DNA of 56,357 bases from positions 1 through 56,357 of the IMG/VR virus record IMGVR_UViG_3300037419_000959, one strand, 5' to 3'. This stretch comes from a virus. Positions within the stretch are counted from its first letter, which is position 1, and every line of letters starts with the position of its first letter. This document shows, in pieces, positions 32,154 to 39,209 of the stretch. The notes under the pieces were generated by a model. It saw nothing but the letters and a program-made list of their open reading frames with translations, made no database searches and had not been told where the DNA came from. The translations under genes and the position numbers were made by a program.

Positions 32154-32422
32154 CCGCCGCCAACGACACCCTCGGCCGCTGCATAGACAACGGCTATTCG
32201 ATCTATGTGTGCTGTGACGCAGTTAGCTGTAGCAACACGAAGAAACTGGATCTGGATAAGCTGGCGGCAAAGCTTGGCCGTGATCATGGCGCGTTGCGAG
32301 CCGATTTGATTGGGCTCGGCTTCAGGTGCTCGAAGTGCGGTAGCCGAGATATCAGTTTCAGGGCAAGCTCTGGAGGGACGCAGTCTGATTATTTCCAAGT
32401 GGGTGACGACGAGCCTTTTTAA
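32150..32422 (+). CDS. Hypothetical Cys-rich protein (90 aa)
   Basis: Internal ATG 32150. CCDAVSC...CSKCG. Confidence 0.5.
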   Translation: MTAANDTLGRCIDNGYSIYVCCDAVSCSNTKKLDLDKLAAKLGRDHGALRADLIGLGFRCSKCGSRDISFRASSGGTQSDYFQVGDDEPF

Positions 32423-32676
32423 GGCTTCTTGACGCCAAGGCTACGATAGAAATTCACGACGCCGTTCTCTGCCCTGATTTCGTCCACCTTGATCCAACTT
32501 GGCAGAAGTTCGGCGGCGTGCGCAGCATCAAGGGCCACAGCCAGTTGCGTCTTGACCGGACCTTCCCGCTTCATTTTCCTCGCCTGTTCAAGACGGGCGA
32601 AATCTTCATCGCTCATATCGAGAAGGCTGTTTAGGATATTTTCGGGAACGGCGGTGATTTGTTTTCTTGGCGGCAT
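32419..32676 (-). CDS. Hypothetical protein (85 aa)
   Basis: ORF track. Its stop overlaps the stop of the convergent plus-strand gene. Confidence 0.5.
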   Translation of the reverse strand: MPPRKQITAVPENILNSLLDMSDEDFARLEQARKMKREGPVKTQLAVALDAAHAAELLPSWIKVDEIRAENGVVNFYRSLGVKKP

Positions 32677-32754
32677 TTATGTCTCTCCCTCAATTGGAGG
32701 GGAAACAAGCACGGTGAATGTGGTAGAGTCAACAACTACGGAAGGATAAACGCC

Positions 32755-32952
32755 ATGATCGAAATCACCGTGTTGCCTCCCATGGGGCATCAATACTGTC
32801 CGGAATGCGGCAGGGGGTATCACGAGCCGCGCAATGGCGAATGCCGTTGCATGTTCACGAGGGTAGTTTCAATGAATGTTCAGGCCGCCCTTGATGACAA
32901 ATATGACAACGGCCCCGATAACGGCCAAGACAACGGCCCACAGCGCCTTTGA
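32755..32952 (+). CDS. Possible small zinc-ribbon ORF (65 aa)
   Basis: GGAAGGA SD, CPECG..C.C. Its 3' half overlaps minus-strand gene 32869..33222 antisense, so it is doubtful. Confidence 0.25.
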   Translation: MIEITVLPPMGHQYCPECGRGYHEPRNGECRCMFTRVVSMNVQAALDDKYDNGPDNGQDNGPQRL

Positions 32953-33222
32953 GAACCCGTTGCGGATGTCCGTGACTTTATCGGCGACACCATCGAGCGC
33001 ATCCACCTTCCGTTCGATCTTGTCGAGCCTGGAATAAAGAGCTTTATCTCTCTCGTCTTCCCGGGCCACGGCGATAGCCCGGCTTGTCTCGGCAATCTCC
33101 AGCGCCCTCACTCGCCCCTCCAATGAGGTATAGGATTGGGTGACGGCTGATATTGCCTCCCCGAGCCTGGTTTCATTTGCCGATAGACGGTCGATAATAT
33201 GCTTCTGTTCGTCATCGGCCAT
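32869..33222 (-). CDS. Coiled-coil protein with a C-terminal TM anchor (117 aa)
   Basis: ATG 33222 (MADDEQKHIIDRLSANETRLGE..); the track start at 33240 is a TTG. C-terminal ALWAVVLAVIGAVVIFVI. Resembles rhizobial prophage DUF1515-type proteins (low confidence). Confidence 0.5.
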   Translation of the reverse strand: MADDEQKHIIDRLSANETRLGEAISAVTQSYTSLEGRVRALEIAETSRAIAVAREDERDKALYSRLDKIERKVDALDGVADKVTDIRNGFSKALWAVVLAVIGAVVIFVIKGGLNIH

Positions 33223-33261
33223 CCGGTCGAAGCCTTTCAATGCGGGATGCTATGCGGGTAT

Positions 33262-33286
33262 GGAAAAGCCGCCTCGGTGGGCGGCT
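33262..33286 (-). terminator. Intrinsic terminator after the SGNH gene
   Basis: The minus strand reads AGCCGCC-CACCGA-GGCGGCT followed by TTTCC. 7-bp GC stem. Confidence 0.6.
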
Positions 33287-33449
33287 GGGGATGGGAGATT
33301 GTGCCGGTCTTTCCCGACTGCCAGACCCCATCACCCTGATGGCAAGGAACCTGCCGAAGCAGGAACGGAATTGAACCGTATTGCTCACTCGATCTCGGTC
33401 AACGAGGCGGAGTCGCACCGCACCACCCTCGGACGCCTTACGGCGAAAC

Positions 33450-34691
33450 TTAGGACTGCCTCTTGTCCACGGCCAAATGCCGCCAGTTCACTGTAGCATT
33501 TCCGGCGCCGGAGAAATAGTGGTTGAACCGCACGGTCCAAAATCCGCGGGTGCCGGGCTGGATAACCACCGGCATGGTGAGGTCGAGCGTTTCGGCTATA
33601 TCTCCCGGTCCTGCGGTGCCGAATGTCGTCGTTGCTGCGGTGAGGCACGAATAGTCAACCGAGTTCGGCGAATTGGTGGATTGGTTATATTCCGACCACA
33701 GTTCGGCGGAAACAAGATTTGTCGCGCCCGACGCAATGGTGCATTGAGCTGAGACGTCGAAGATATCTCCCGGGCTGTCGTTGCCGGCGGAAATGTCCAT
33801 GATCATGCGGCACCGCCCAGCGCCCGTCGAACTCATGGTGAGGATGATGTCTTTCGTCCCGTCCGCATTTGTTGCGCTGGTCAGTGCGCAACTGACACCG
33901 GCATCCACAGAACCGTTCGTCATGCCGGCAGGAGCAGTTCCGGTGAAGCCGCCGATCGTGCCGCCAGAGAGGGTGAGGAAACCCGGATTGCTGAAAATCT
34001 GCAAGCCAAGCGCCGGAGTTTCGCCGCCGAACACCTTGCGGATCGGCAGCGCGGGAACCAGCGGCGTCATCAGCGCGGCAAAGGCGCGGCCGACAGGCAC
34101 AGCAGCGTTCACCAGATAATGCGTGCCATCCGTGGAATAGCCGCTTTTGAAAGCAATCGTAGTTGTCGTGAGATCGAGGATGAGCGCTGCGAGATCGAAA
34201 CATACAACCTGGCCGTTGGCGCGCGAACGGGCCGCATAAGCCTTGACCAGCGAGTTATAGCGCTGAAACGCAGCACGAGCCGCTGTGCTGCCGTTAAGTC
34301 CTGTAGAGCCAGGATCGGTCACGAGGATGACGGTCATGCCAGCCGCAATGAATTGCTCGCAGGCCGGCTTCACGTAATTGATAAACGGGTCGCTTGACGC
34401 GCTCAACGTGATATCGTTGACGATGCCGAAGATCATGACGAACTTGGCGTCGGACGCGATGGCTTGGTTGATATTGGCCTGCGATAGATATTGGTCGGAT
34501 CGCTGTCCCGAGACTGCATTATTGCCGACGACTTTCATCCTCTGGCCCATGCGGGCGTTGGCCTGGTTGAACCAATGCATGCATGAGAACTGATACTGTG
34601 TCGTGACGTCAGTAAAGCCGTTCGCCTGCCGGCTGTCTCCGGTCTGGAAGATATGGTTAGGATGGCGCTGTGCCGCGTCCCATGTAGTCAT
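33450..34691 (-). CDS. SGNH/GDSL-family esterase with a C-terminal beta-rich (carbohydrate-binding-like) domain
   Basis: Block I QTGDSRQANG, block II NNAVSGQRS, block III IFGIVND and block V STDGTHY occur in order. The ~200-aa Gly/Thr/Ser-rich C-terminal half follows. 413 aa. Confidence 0.8.
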   Translation of the reverse strand: MTTWDAAQRHPNHIFQTGDSRQANGFTDVTTQYQFSCMHWFNQANARMGQRMKVVGNNAVSGQRSDQYLSQANINQAIASDAKFVMIFGIVNDITLSASSDPFINYVKPACEQFIAAGMTVILVTDPGSTGLNGSTAARAAFQRYNSLVKAYAARSRANGQVVCFDLAALILDLTTTTIAFKSGYSTDGTHYLVNAAVPVGRAFAALMTPLVPALPIRKVFGGETPALGLQIFSNPGFLTLSGGTIGGFTGTAPAGMTNGSVDAGVSCALTSATNADGTKDIILTMSSTGAGRCRMIMDISAGNDSPGDIFDVSAQCTIASGATNLVSAELWSEYNQSTNSPNSVDYSCLTAATTTFGTAGPGDIAETLDLTMPVVIQPGTRGFWTVRFNHYFSGAGNATVNWRHLAVDKRQS

Positions 34692-34692
34692 G

Positions 34693-34866
34693 TCAGTTGC
34701 TCCGTAGAATGATGACCGGGCCGCGATTGTTCGTCACGACAGCGTTTTTCTGAGTGACGAATTCCCAATGAAGGCCTGCAGGCGCTGGGAATGGGGCGAG
34801 CGCTGCAGCACCGCCGCCGCTCAGAGCAGGCGAGCCAAGGGCTATGCCAATGATGATGTTCGTCAT
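34693..34866 (-). CDS. Small ORF (57 aa) linking the o-spanin and SGNH genes
   Basis: Hand translated: MTNIIIGIALGSPALSGGGAAALAPFPAPAGLHWEFVTQKNAVVTNNRGPVIILRSN. ATGA overlap with the o-spanin stop. Its TGA lies 1 nt before the SGNH ATG. Confidence 0.4.
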   Translation of the reverse strand: MTNIIIGIALGSPALSGGGAAALAPFPAPAGLHWEFVTQKNAVVTNNRGPVIILRSN

Positions 34867-35192
34867 GGCGCTTCCATCTTGGATTTGAGATCACGGTGAA
34901 AAGCGGCGCAGTTATCGATCTGGAGGTCGACCGCATCGGCGTTGAGTTCCCACTGCGCCTGCACCCATCGGAATTTGTCGCCAGTCTTGGGCGTCACACG
35001 GTCCATGTGTTTCGTGCAGGTGGCCGGCTCTTCGGGGATCTGTGGTTTCGCCTGAGCGCGCCCCTGAATGGTCGCCGCCTTCTCGATCCGGGCGTTACTG
35101 GTGACGCACGCCCCAATTGGCATCGTCAGAAGTCCAAGAGCAGCCGTCTGCATTGTCTGCCGCAATGCGCTGCGCCAGTTTGGCATTTGCAT
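34863..35192 (-). CDS. Outer-membrane spanin (o-spanin lipoprotein), overlapped architecture
   Basis: Internal ATG; the alternative is 35153. Signal/lipobox ..AALGLLTMPIGAC. The gene starts inside the i-spanin gene in another frame and extends beyond it. Confidence 0.65.
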   Translation of the reverse strand: MQMPNWRSALRQTMQTAALGLLTMPIGACVTSNARIEKAATIQGRAQAKPQIPEEPATCTKHMDRVTPKTGDKFRWVQAQWELNADAVDLQIDNCAAFHRDLKSKMEAP

Positions 35193-35442
35193 CGTCCTTT
35201 GCTTGGGTGGCGGAAAGTTCTCGCTTGCGCGCTTCTTCGAGAGCCTGTTGCGCGGCCTGCTTATCGTGTGCTTCCTTGGTGGCCTTGGCTTCGGCCGCAG
35301 TCTTCTCAGAGAGCAGGACATAGCCTTGCAGGACGGCGTGATCATGCGAGATCAGCCAGAGCTTGCCGCTGACAATCAGGGCGACGATGAGCATCACGCC
35401 GCCGGCAATCTTGCCAAGCGGTGAGAAAAGGAAGGCGATCAT
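35095..35442 (-). CDS. Inner-membrane spanin (i-spanin)
   Basis: 115 aa from ATG 35442 (ATGA overlap with the holin stop). N-terminal TM IAGGVMLIVALIVSGKLWLI, then a charged coiled coil. Confidence 0.7.
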   Translation of the reverse strand: MIAFLFSPLGKIAGGVMLIVALIVSGKLWLISHDHAVLQGYVLLSEKTAAEAKATKEAHDKQAAQQALEEARKRELSATQAKDDANAKLAQRIAADNADGCSWTSDDANWGVRHQ

Positions 35443-35735
35443 TGCTGGTTCGCTCCGGGTTGCGGCTGCCCGTCGATCGCTGCGGGCGGGTCTTTGTAGG
35501 GAAGGCCAGTCCCCGTGCGCCAAATGGCTGCTACGTCCTGCACGGTGGCAAAGCCGGTATAGCCCAGCACCATTACGGCAATCAGCCAGAGCCAACCCGA
35601 GGCGATTGTCTCGTTGACCTTCGTGTCAGGTGCGCCAATGAGCATTTGAAGCTGGTAGCAGCCCCACGTCACCACCGGATAGATGACGATCCGACGCCAA
35701 GTCCAAGAGGGGTGGCCTGATTTTTCGTCAGCCAT
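35439..35735 (-). CDS. Holin candidate (two TM segments)
   Basis: 98 aa. TM segments IVIYPVVTWGCYQLQMLIGA and IASGWLWLIAVMVLGYTGFA. Lies between the endolysin and spanin genes. Confidence 0.6.
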   Translation of the reverse strand: MADEKSGHPSWTWRRIVIYPVVTWGCYQLQMLIGAPDTKVNETIASGWLWLIAVMVLGYTGFATVQDVAAIWRTGTGLPYKDPPAAIDGQPQPGANQQ

Positions 35736-36307
35736 CAGGAAGCAGCGCCCTCGATCGCGGCCATGAACTTCTTGCCGTAATCCGCAATGGTGTTGGCCTT
35801 ATCCAGCCCGTTGATGATCTTGCGGGCATTCACCCAATCGGCGACAGTGTCATGGAAATAATCGCGGAGCTTCTTGCCCGTGAACGTTCCGTTTTCCATG
35901 CCGAGGAACATAATCTTCGTCGCCGTCTTAGGATCGAGTGCCTTATCGGGATCGTCGGCAAGGCCGAATTTCTGGTAGTTGGCATGGCCTGTGATCTGCA
36001 CCAGCCCCCTGCCCCGATATTTGTAGCCATCGCCATCGGCGGCTGGCGTGTTGCCGAGCCGCGCCGCGAGCGCGCCCGTGTCATACTTGTCGAAATAGTG
36101 CACGCCGCCGAATTCGGCGATCGGCTGCATGTGCTGCGCCGTCTCGTGGTAAGCCGTGGCAAGCATATAGGCCAGCCAGCGGTGATCGGTCAGGCCTTCG
36201 GCGTCCCATTCGTCAAGGATCGCGTCGATGCCGTCAACTTGGGACTGCGTCAGGCGATTTGCAAACAGCGACGTGCGCACGCTGGCGAAGAAGTTCGCGC
36301 GGTTCAT
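35735..36307 (-). CDS. Endolysin, glycoside hydrolase family 19 (chitinase-like lysozyme)
   Basis: LATAYHET (catalytic Glu region) and YRGRGLVQITGHANY signature. 190 aa. Confidence 0.85.
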   Translation of the reverse strand: MNRANFFASVRTSLFANRLTQSQVDGIDAILDEWDAEGLTDHRWLAYMLATAYHETAQHMQPIAEFGGVHYFDKYDTGALAARLGNTPAADGDGYKYRGRGLVQITGHANYQKFGLADDPDKALDPKTATKIMFLGMENGTFTGKKLRDYFHDTVADWVNARKIINGLDKANTIADYGKKFMAAIEGAAS

Positions 36308-36330
36308 GATTGTCTGTCCTTGTTGGAATG

Positions 36331-36352
36331 AAAAAGGCCCCCGAAGGAGCCT
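36331..36352 (-). terminator. Intrinsic terminator (UUCG tetraloop) just upstream of the lysis cassette
   Basis: The minus strand reads AGGCTCC-TTCG-GGGGCCT followed by TTTTTC. 7-bp stem with one G-U pair. On the plus strand the stem has a C-A mismatch and no T-tract follows. Confidence 0.7.
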
Positions 36353-36353
36353 G

Positions 36354-36382
36354 TTGAACGATCGCCGATTGCGGGCTATCTA
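36354..36382 (+). promoter_or_regulatory. Promoter candidate for the GT61 gene: TTGAAC-17 nt-TATCTA
   Basis: TTGAAC at 36354..36359 and TATCTA at 36377..36382, 34 nt upstream of ATG 36416. Confidence 0.4.
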
Positions 36383-36415
36383 TCCGCCAGTGGCATTTTC
36401 AGGATCGCGTTAGGC

Positions 36416-37459
36416 ATGGTTGAATCAGCGGTATTTGGACGAAGCAATTTCATTGGCTTCCCTGGCGACGTGGTGCAGAAAGCCACCGAATTTGAACTCA
36501 CTCATGATCGGCCCGGATTTGAGGATCACGAAAATCTATTCTGCTTCCCTGGTGCAGATGCCCTTTACCGCGAAGACGGAACAATCGTCCAATCAAGTAG
36601 ACAATGGTATTTTGCCGAAGGCATGAAGTACCCCGTTCCGACGCATCGAAAAAATAAGTTCGACGCAAAGTCGCAGATGCATAAGGTTCCTACGCCCGGG
36701 TATGATATCGAAACGAGAGAGGTTGCGTTTATAGGGAATATCATCCCCCATTGGGGTCATTTTCTCTATGACAGCCTCGCTAGGCTTTGGGCCTTGTCTT
36801 CTGGCTGTGTAGCCCCGGACCGCGATATTGTCCTTTTCACTAGCAAGTGGCCCCGCGTCCCCTTCGCGGAGCCAATCCTATCTTCGATCGGAATACCCTC
36901 AGATCGTATGAATGCGCCAGCTCGTCCTACCCTGTTTAGGAAAGTCCGCATCTATCTTCCATCGGTGAATGACATGTTCCGGATTTCGACATTTCATGGC
37001 GAAATTCACCGATATATTGCCACGGCCATGCAAACCAACCGAAGATTTGACAGGCCGGTGTTTATTTCCAGATCTGGCCTTGACCGCTCTCTAAAGACAT
37101 TTGCGAACGAAGAAATCATCGAGAAGTTAGCCGTTGAACGCGGCTATGAGGTAATCCGACCCGAAACACTTCCGGTCGGGGATCAAATTGCCCTGTTCTC
37201 GACGTGCCCCTATATCCTTGGTAGTGTCGGGTCAGCGTTTCACAGCATCCTTTTTGAGCCACAAATCGGTGAACGGATACGCGTAATGCTTTGCCCGGTG
37301 AACAGTGGCAGGCGTTTCCCGATGGTTGATGCCGTTTGCCGCGGCCACACATCGCTTTACTTGAATGTTGCGCCCGCAGTCATGGAGCGTAATCAGGTCG
37401 TTCCAATAGACGTCGACAAGACCTTTGAGTATCTAAATAGCCTGCCCTGCGGCTGGTGA
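36416..37459 (+). CDS. Glycosyltransferase family 61 (DUF563)-like protein, antisense to the late operon
   Basis: IIPHWGHFLYDSLARLW, ..PVFISRSGLDRSLKTFANEEIIEKL..GYEVIRPETLPVGDQIALFSTCPYILGSVGSAFHSILF follows the GT61/DUF563 layout. Visibly AT-richer than its flanks. Confidence 0.7.
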   Translation: MVESAVFGRSNFIGFPGDVVQKATEFELTHDRPGFEDHENLFCFPGADALYREDGTIVQSSRQWYFAEGMKYPVPTHRKNKFDAKSQMHKVPTPGYDIETREVAFIGNIIPHWGHFLYDSLARLWALSSGCVAPDRDIVLFTSKWPRVPFAEPILSSIGIPSDRMNAPARPTLFRKVRIYLPSVNDMFRISTFHGEIHRYIATAMQTNRRFDRPVFISRSGLDRSLKTFANEEIIEKLAVERGYEVIRPETLPVGDQIALFSTCPYILGSVGSAFHSILFEPQIGERIRVMLCPVNSGRRFPMVDAVCRGHTSLYLNVAPAVMERNQVVPIDVDKTFEYLNSLPCGW

Positions 37460-37466
37460 GCGCAGT

Positions 37467-39191
37467 TTAAGCGTGACTACTATGGACGCCGATCGATGTG
37501 ACAGCGAGCTGGTGAGATACGCAAGACAATGTGCCGCCGCTGCTCTGGTAGACCTCCGTCCGGAGGCTGTCGCCCTTTGCCAGCCTCACCGGCACGTGCA
37601 GCGTCAAATACGTGTCATCCCCATTGATGGCATTGAGGAAAGCCCTGCCGTTCGGAATAATTTCGGTGCCATTCACCAGTAAACGGACGCCTCGAATGCC
37701 GGTCGAGTTGGAGGAGAATCTAGCGTGAGCCACGACAAGAGACCAGCCTTCAATCGGCGACTTAACGATATTCGCGTTCGTCGAATGGTCGTGACAGGCG
37801 AGCGTATCTTCCGGGTCCGGATCAGTGGTGAAATCCAGAGACGTCCATGTGTTGTTGGAAACGCTCTGACCGCCGGCCGCTGCCAGTGAGTTGACGATGA
37901 CTAGGGGACGATGGGGCCCGTAAACATGGCCGCCAGAATTGGCCGGCCCTGTCGTGGCGATGGTATGGCCGATAGAATTGAAGTTGATCGCCTCGATGCC
38001 CTGGAAACCGTAACCACTAGATTCAATGCCACAGTAGAGGCCGTATTGCATCGTGGGCGACACTTGATCGTCATAGGCCGTATTGTTGGCAAAACGGATT
38101 CCCCGCGGCCACATGCCGTTTTCCGGGTGATCGTTCTCGATGTCGAAGCCAGCCGAATAGCCGGCAATATAACTGTTGCCATCGACGATCGACGGCTTGC
38201 CAGGGTTGATTGCACGGTTGCCGACAACGTCCATATAACCAGGATCAGGCTCGGTACCATCGCCTGACTTTGGACTGAAAATAAATCCAAACCGACCGCA
38301 ATCTTCCGCGACATTGCCGATGATTGAACCGTGCCGCTGCGAATTCGCCCATTTGAAGCCGGCCGAGCAGCAGTTGCTGGCATAATTGGCCGTGAAGGAC
38401 GCGCCGCGCACGCCGTCGGAACCGGTATGATCAAACCCCTGGTCGACCCGATCGACAATATTGCCGGTCGAGACGAGGCCGCGGATGAGCGAGAACACAT
38501 GTCCGCGAGAGCGTTGATGCGATGGCGTCAACGGATTCCCATTCAGATAGCCATAGAGTCTGTAGATTTTATTTGATCTATAATCGACATCGGCCGCGTT
38601 GTAGACCCAGATACCATTGATAACGTCATCGCTTGGAACGGAACCGGCAGACCAGTGTAAATCACGTACAATATTATTGTTGATAGTGACATTGCCAACT
38701 TGCGCAGCAGACCCTTGCACTTGAATGCCGTTGATAGTGCCGCCGTTGAAAATCTCGCAGTTCGTAATTCTGACGTTGCTGCTGTCCTGTACTTTAAGGC
38801 CAGCGCCGTAGATATTGAACGAAGGTGAAACATAGCCTGCAGTGAAATCGCCACCACAATCGATTTCGAGCCGATCTATGTCGACCTTGTTAAAGCCGAC
38901 AATGTACAGCGTCTTGACTGTCGTGTTGGCCTGATCGCCGCCCGTGTCGCCAGCCTTGGGTGTGAGTTGCTTCAGTCTCAGTCGGCGGATGCCAGTGAAT
39001 GAACTCGGCTGCAGAGTGCCCGCAACAGCATAAATGCGTTCTCCGCCATCGACGGGATAGCCTGATTGGAGTGCTGCCAAAACTGCGGCGGTATCATCAT
39101 TTGAACCGTTTCCCGCATCGGCTGAACTTGTGAAGTCCAGCGGCGACACGGTTAGAGCATGCGGGAAATACGGGTCGAGCTTTCCAAACAT
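37467..39191 (-). CDS. Tailspike with a right-handed parallel beta-helix (pectate-lyase-3-like depolymerase)
   Basis: N-terminal LDFTSSADAGNGSNDDTAAVLAAL (pectate_lyase_3-type start). Repeated N/G-x-I/V ladders, e.g. VRITNCEIFNGGTINGIQVQGSAAQVGNVTINNNIV. 574 aa. Confidence 0.75.
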   Translation of the reverse strand: MFGKLDPYFPHALTVSPLDFTSSADAGNGSNDDTAAVLAALQSGYPVDGGERIYAVAGTLQPSSFTGIRRLRLKQLTPKAGDTGGDQANTTVKTLYIVGFNKVDIDRLEIDCGGDFTAGYVSPSFNIYGAGLKVQDSSNVRITNCEIFNGGTINGIQVQGSAAQVGNVTINNNIVRDLHWSAGSVPSDDVINGIWVYNAADVDYRSNKIYRLYGYLNGNPLTPSHQRSRGHVFSLIRGLVSTGNIVDRVDQGFDHTGSDGVRGASFTANYASNCCSAGFKWANSQRHGSIIGNVAEDCGRFGFIFSPKSGDGTEPDPGYMDVVGNRAINPGKPSIVDGNSYIAGYSAGFDIENDHPENGMWPRGIRFANNTAYDDQVSPTMQYGLYCGIESSGYGFQGIEAINFNSIGHTIATTGPANSGGHVYGPHRPLVIVNSLAAAGGQSVSNNTWTSLDFTTDPDPEDTLACHDHSTNANIVKSPIEGWSLVVAHARFSSNSTGIRGVRLLVNGTEIIPNGRAFLNAINGDDTYLTLHVPVRLAKGDSLRTEVYQSSGGTLSCVSHQLAVTSIGVHSSHA

Positions 39192-39209
39192 ATTCGATTG
39201 TCCTTGGAA

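Noticed and set aside
33685-34203. Alternative-frame same-strand ORFs inside large genes (for example 33685..34203, 37901..38500, 11421..11948, 12052..12462, 54066..54506, 55348..55800)
   Set aside because: They lie wholly within longer ORFs that carry diagnostic motifs (SGNH, beta-helix, vWA, capsid, scaffold). Their Arg/Ser/Pro-rich sequences are typical off-frame translations.
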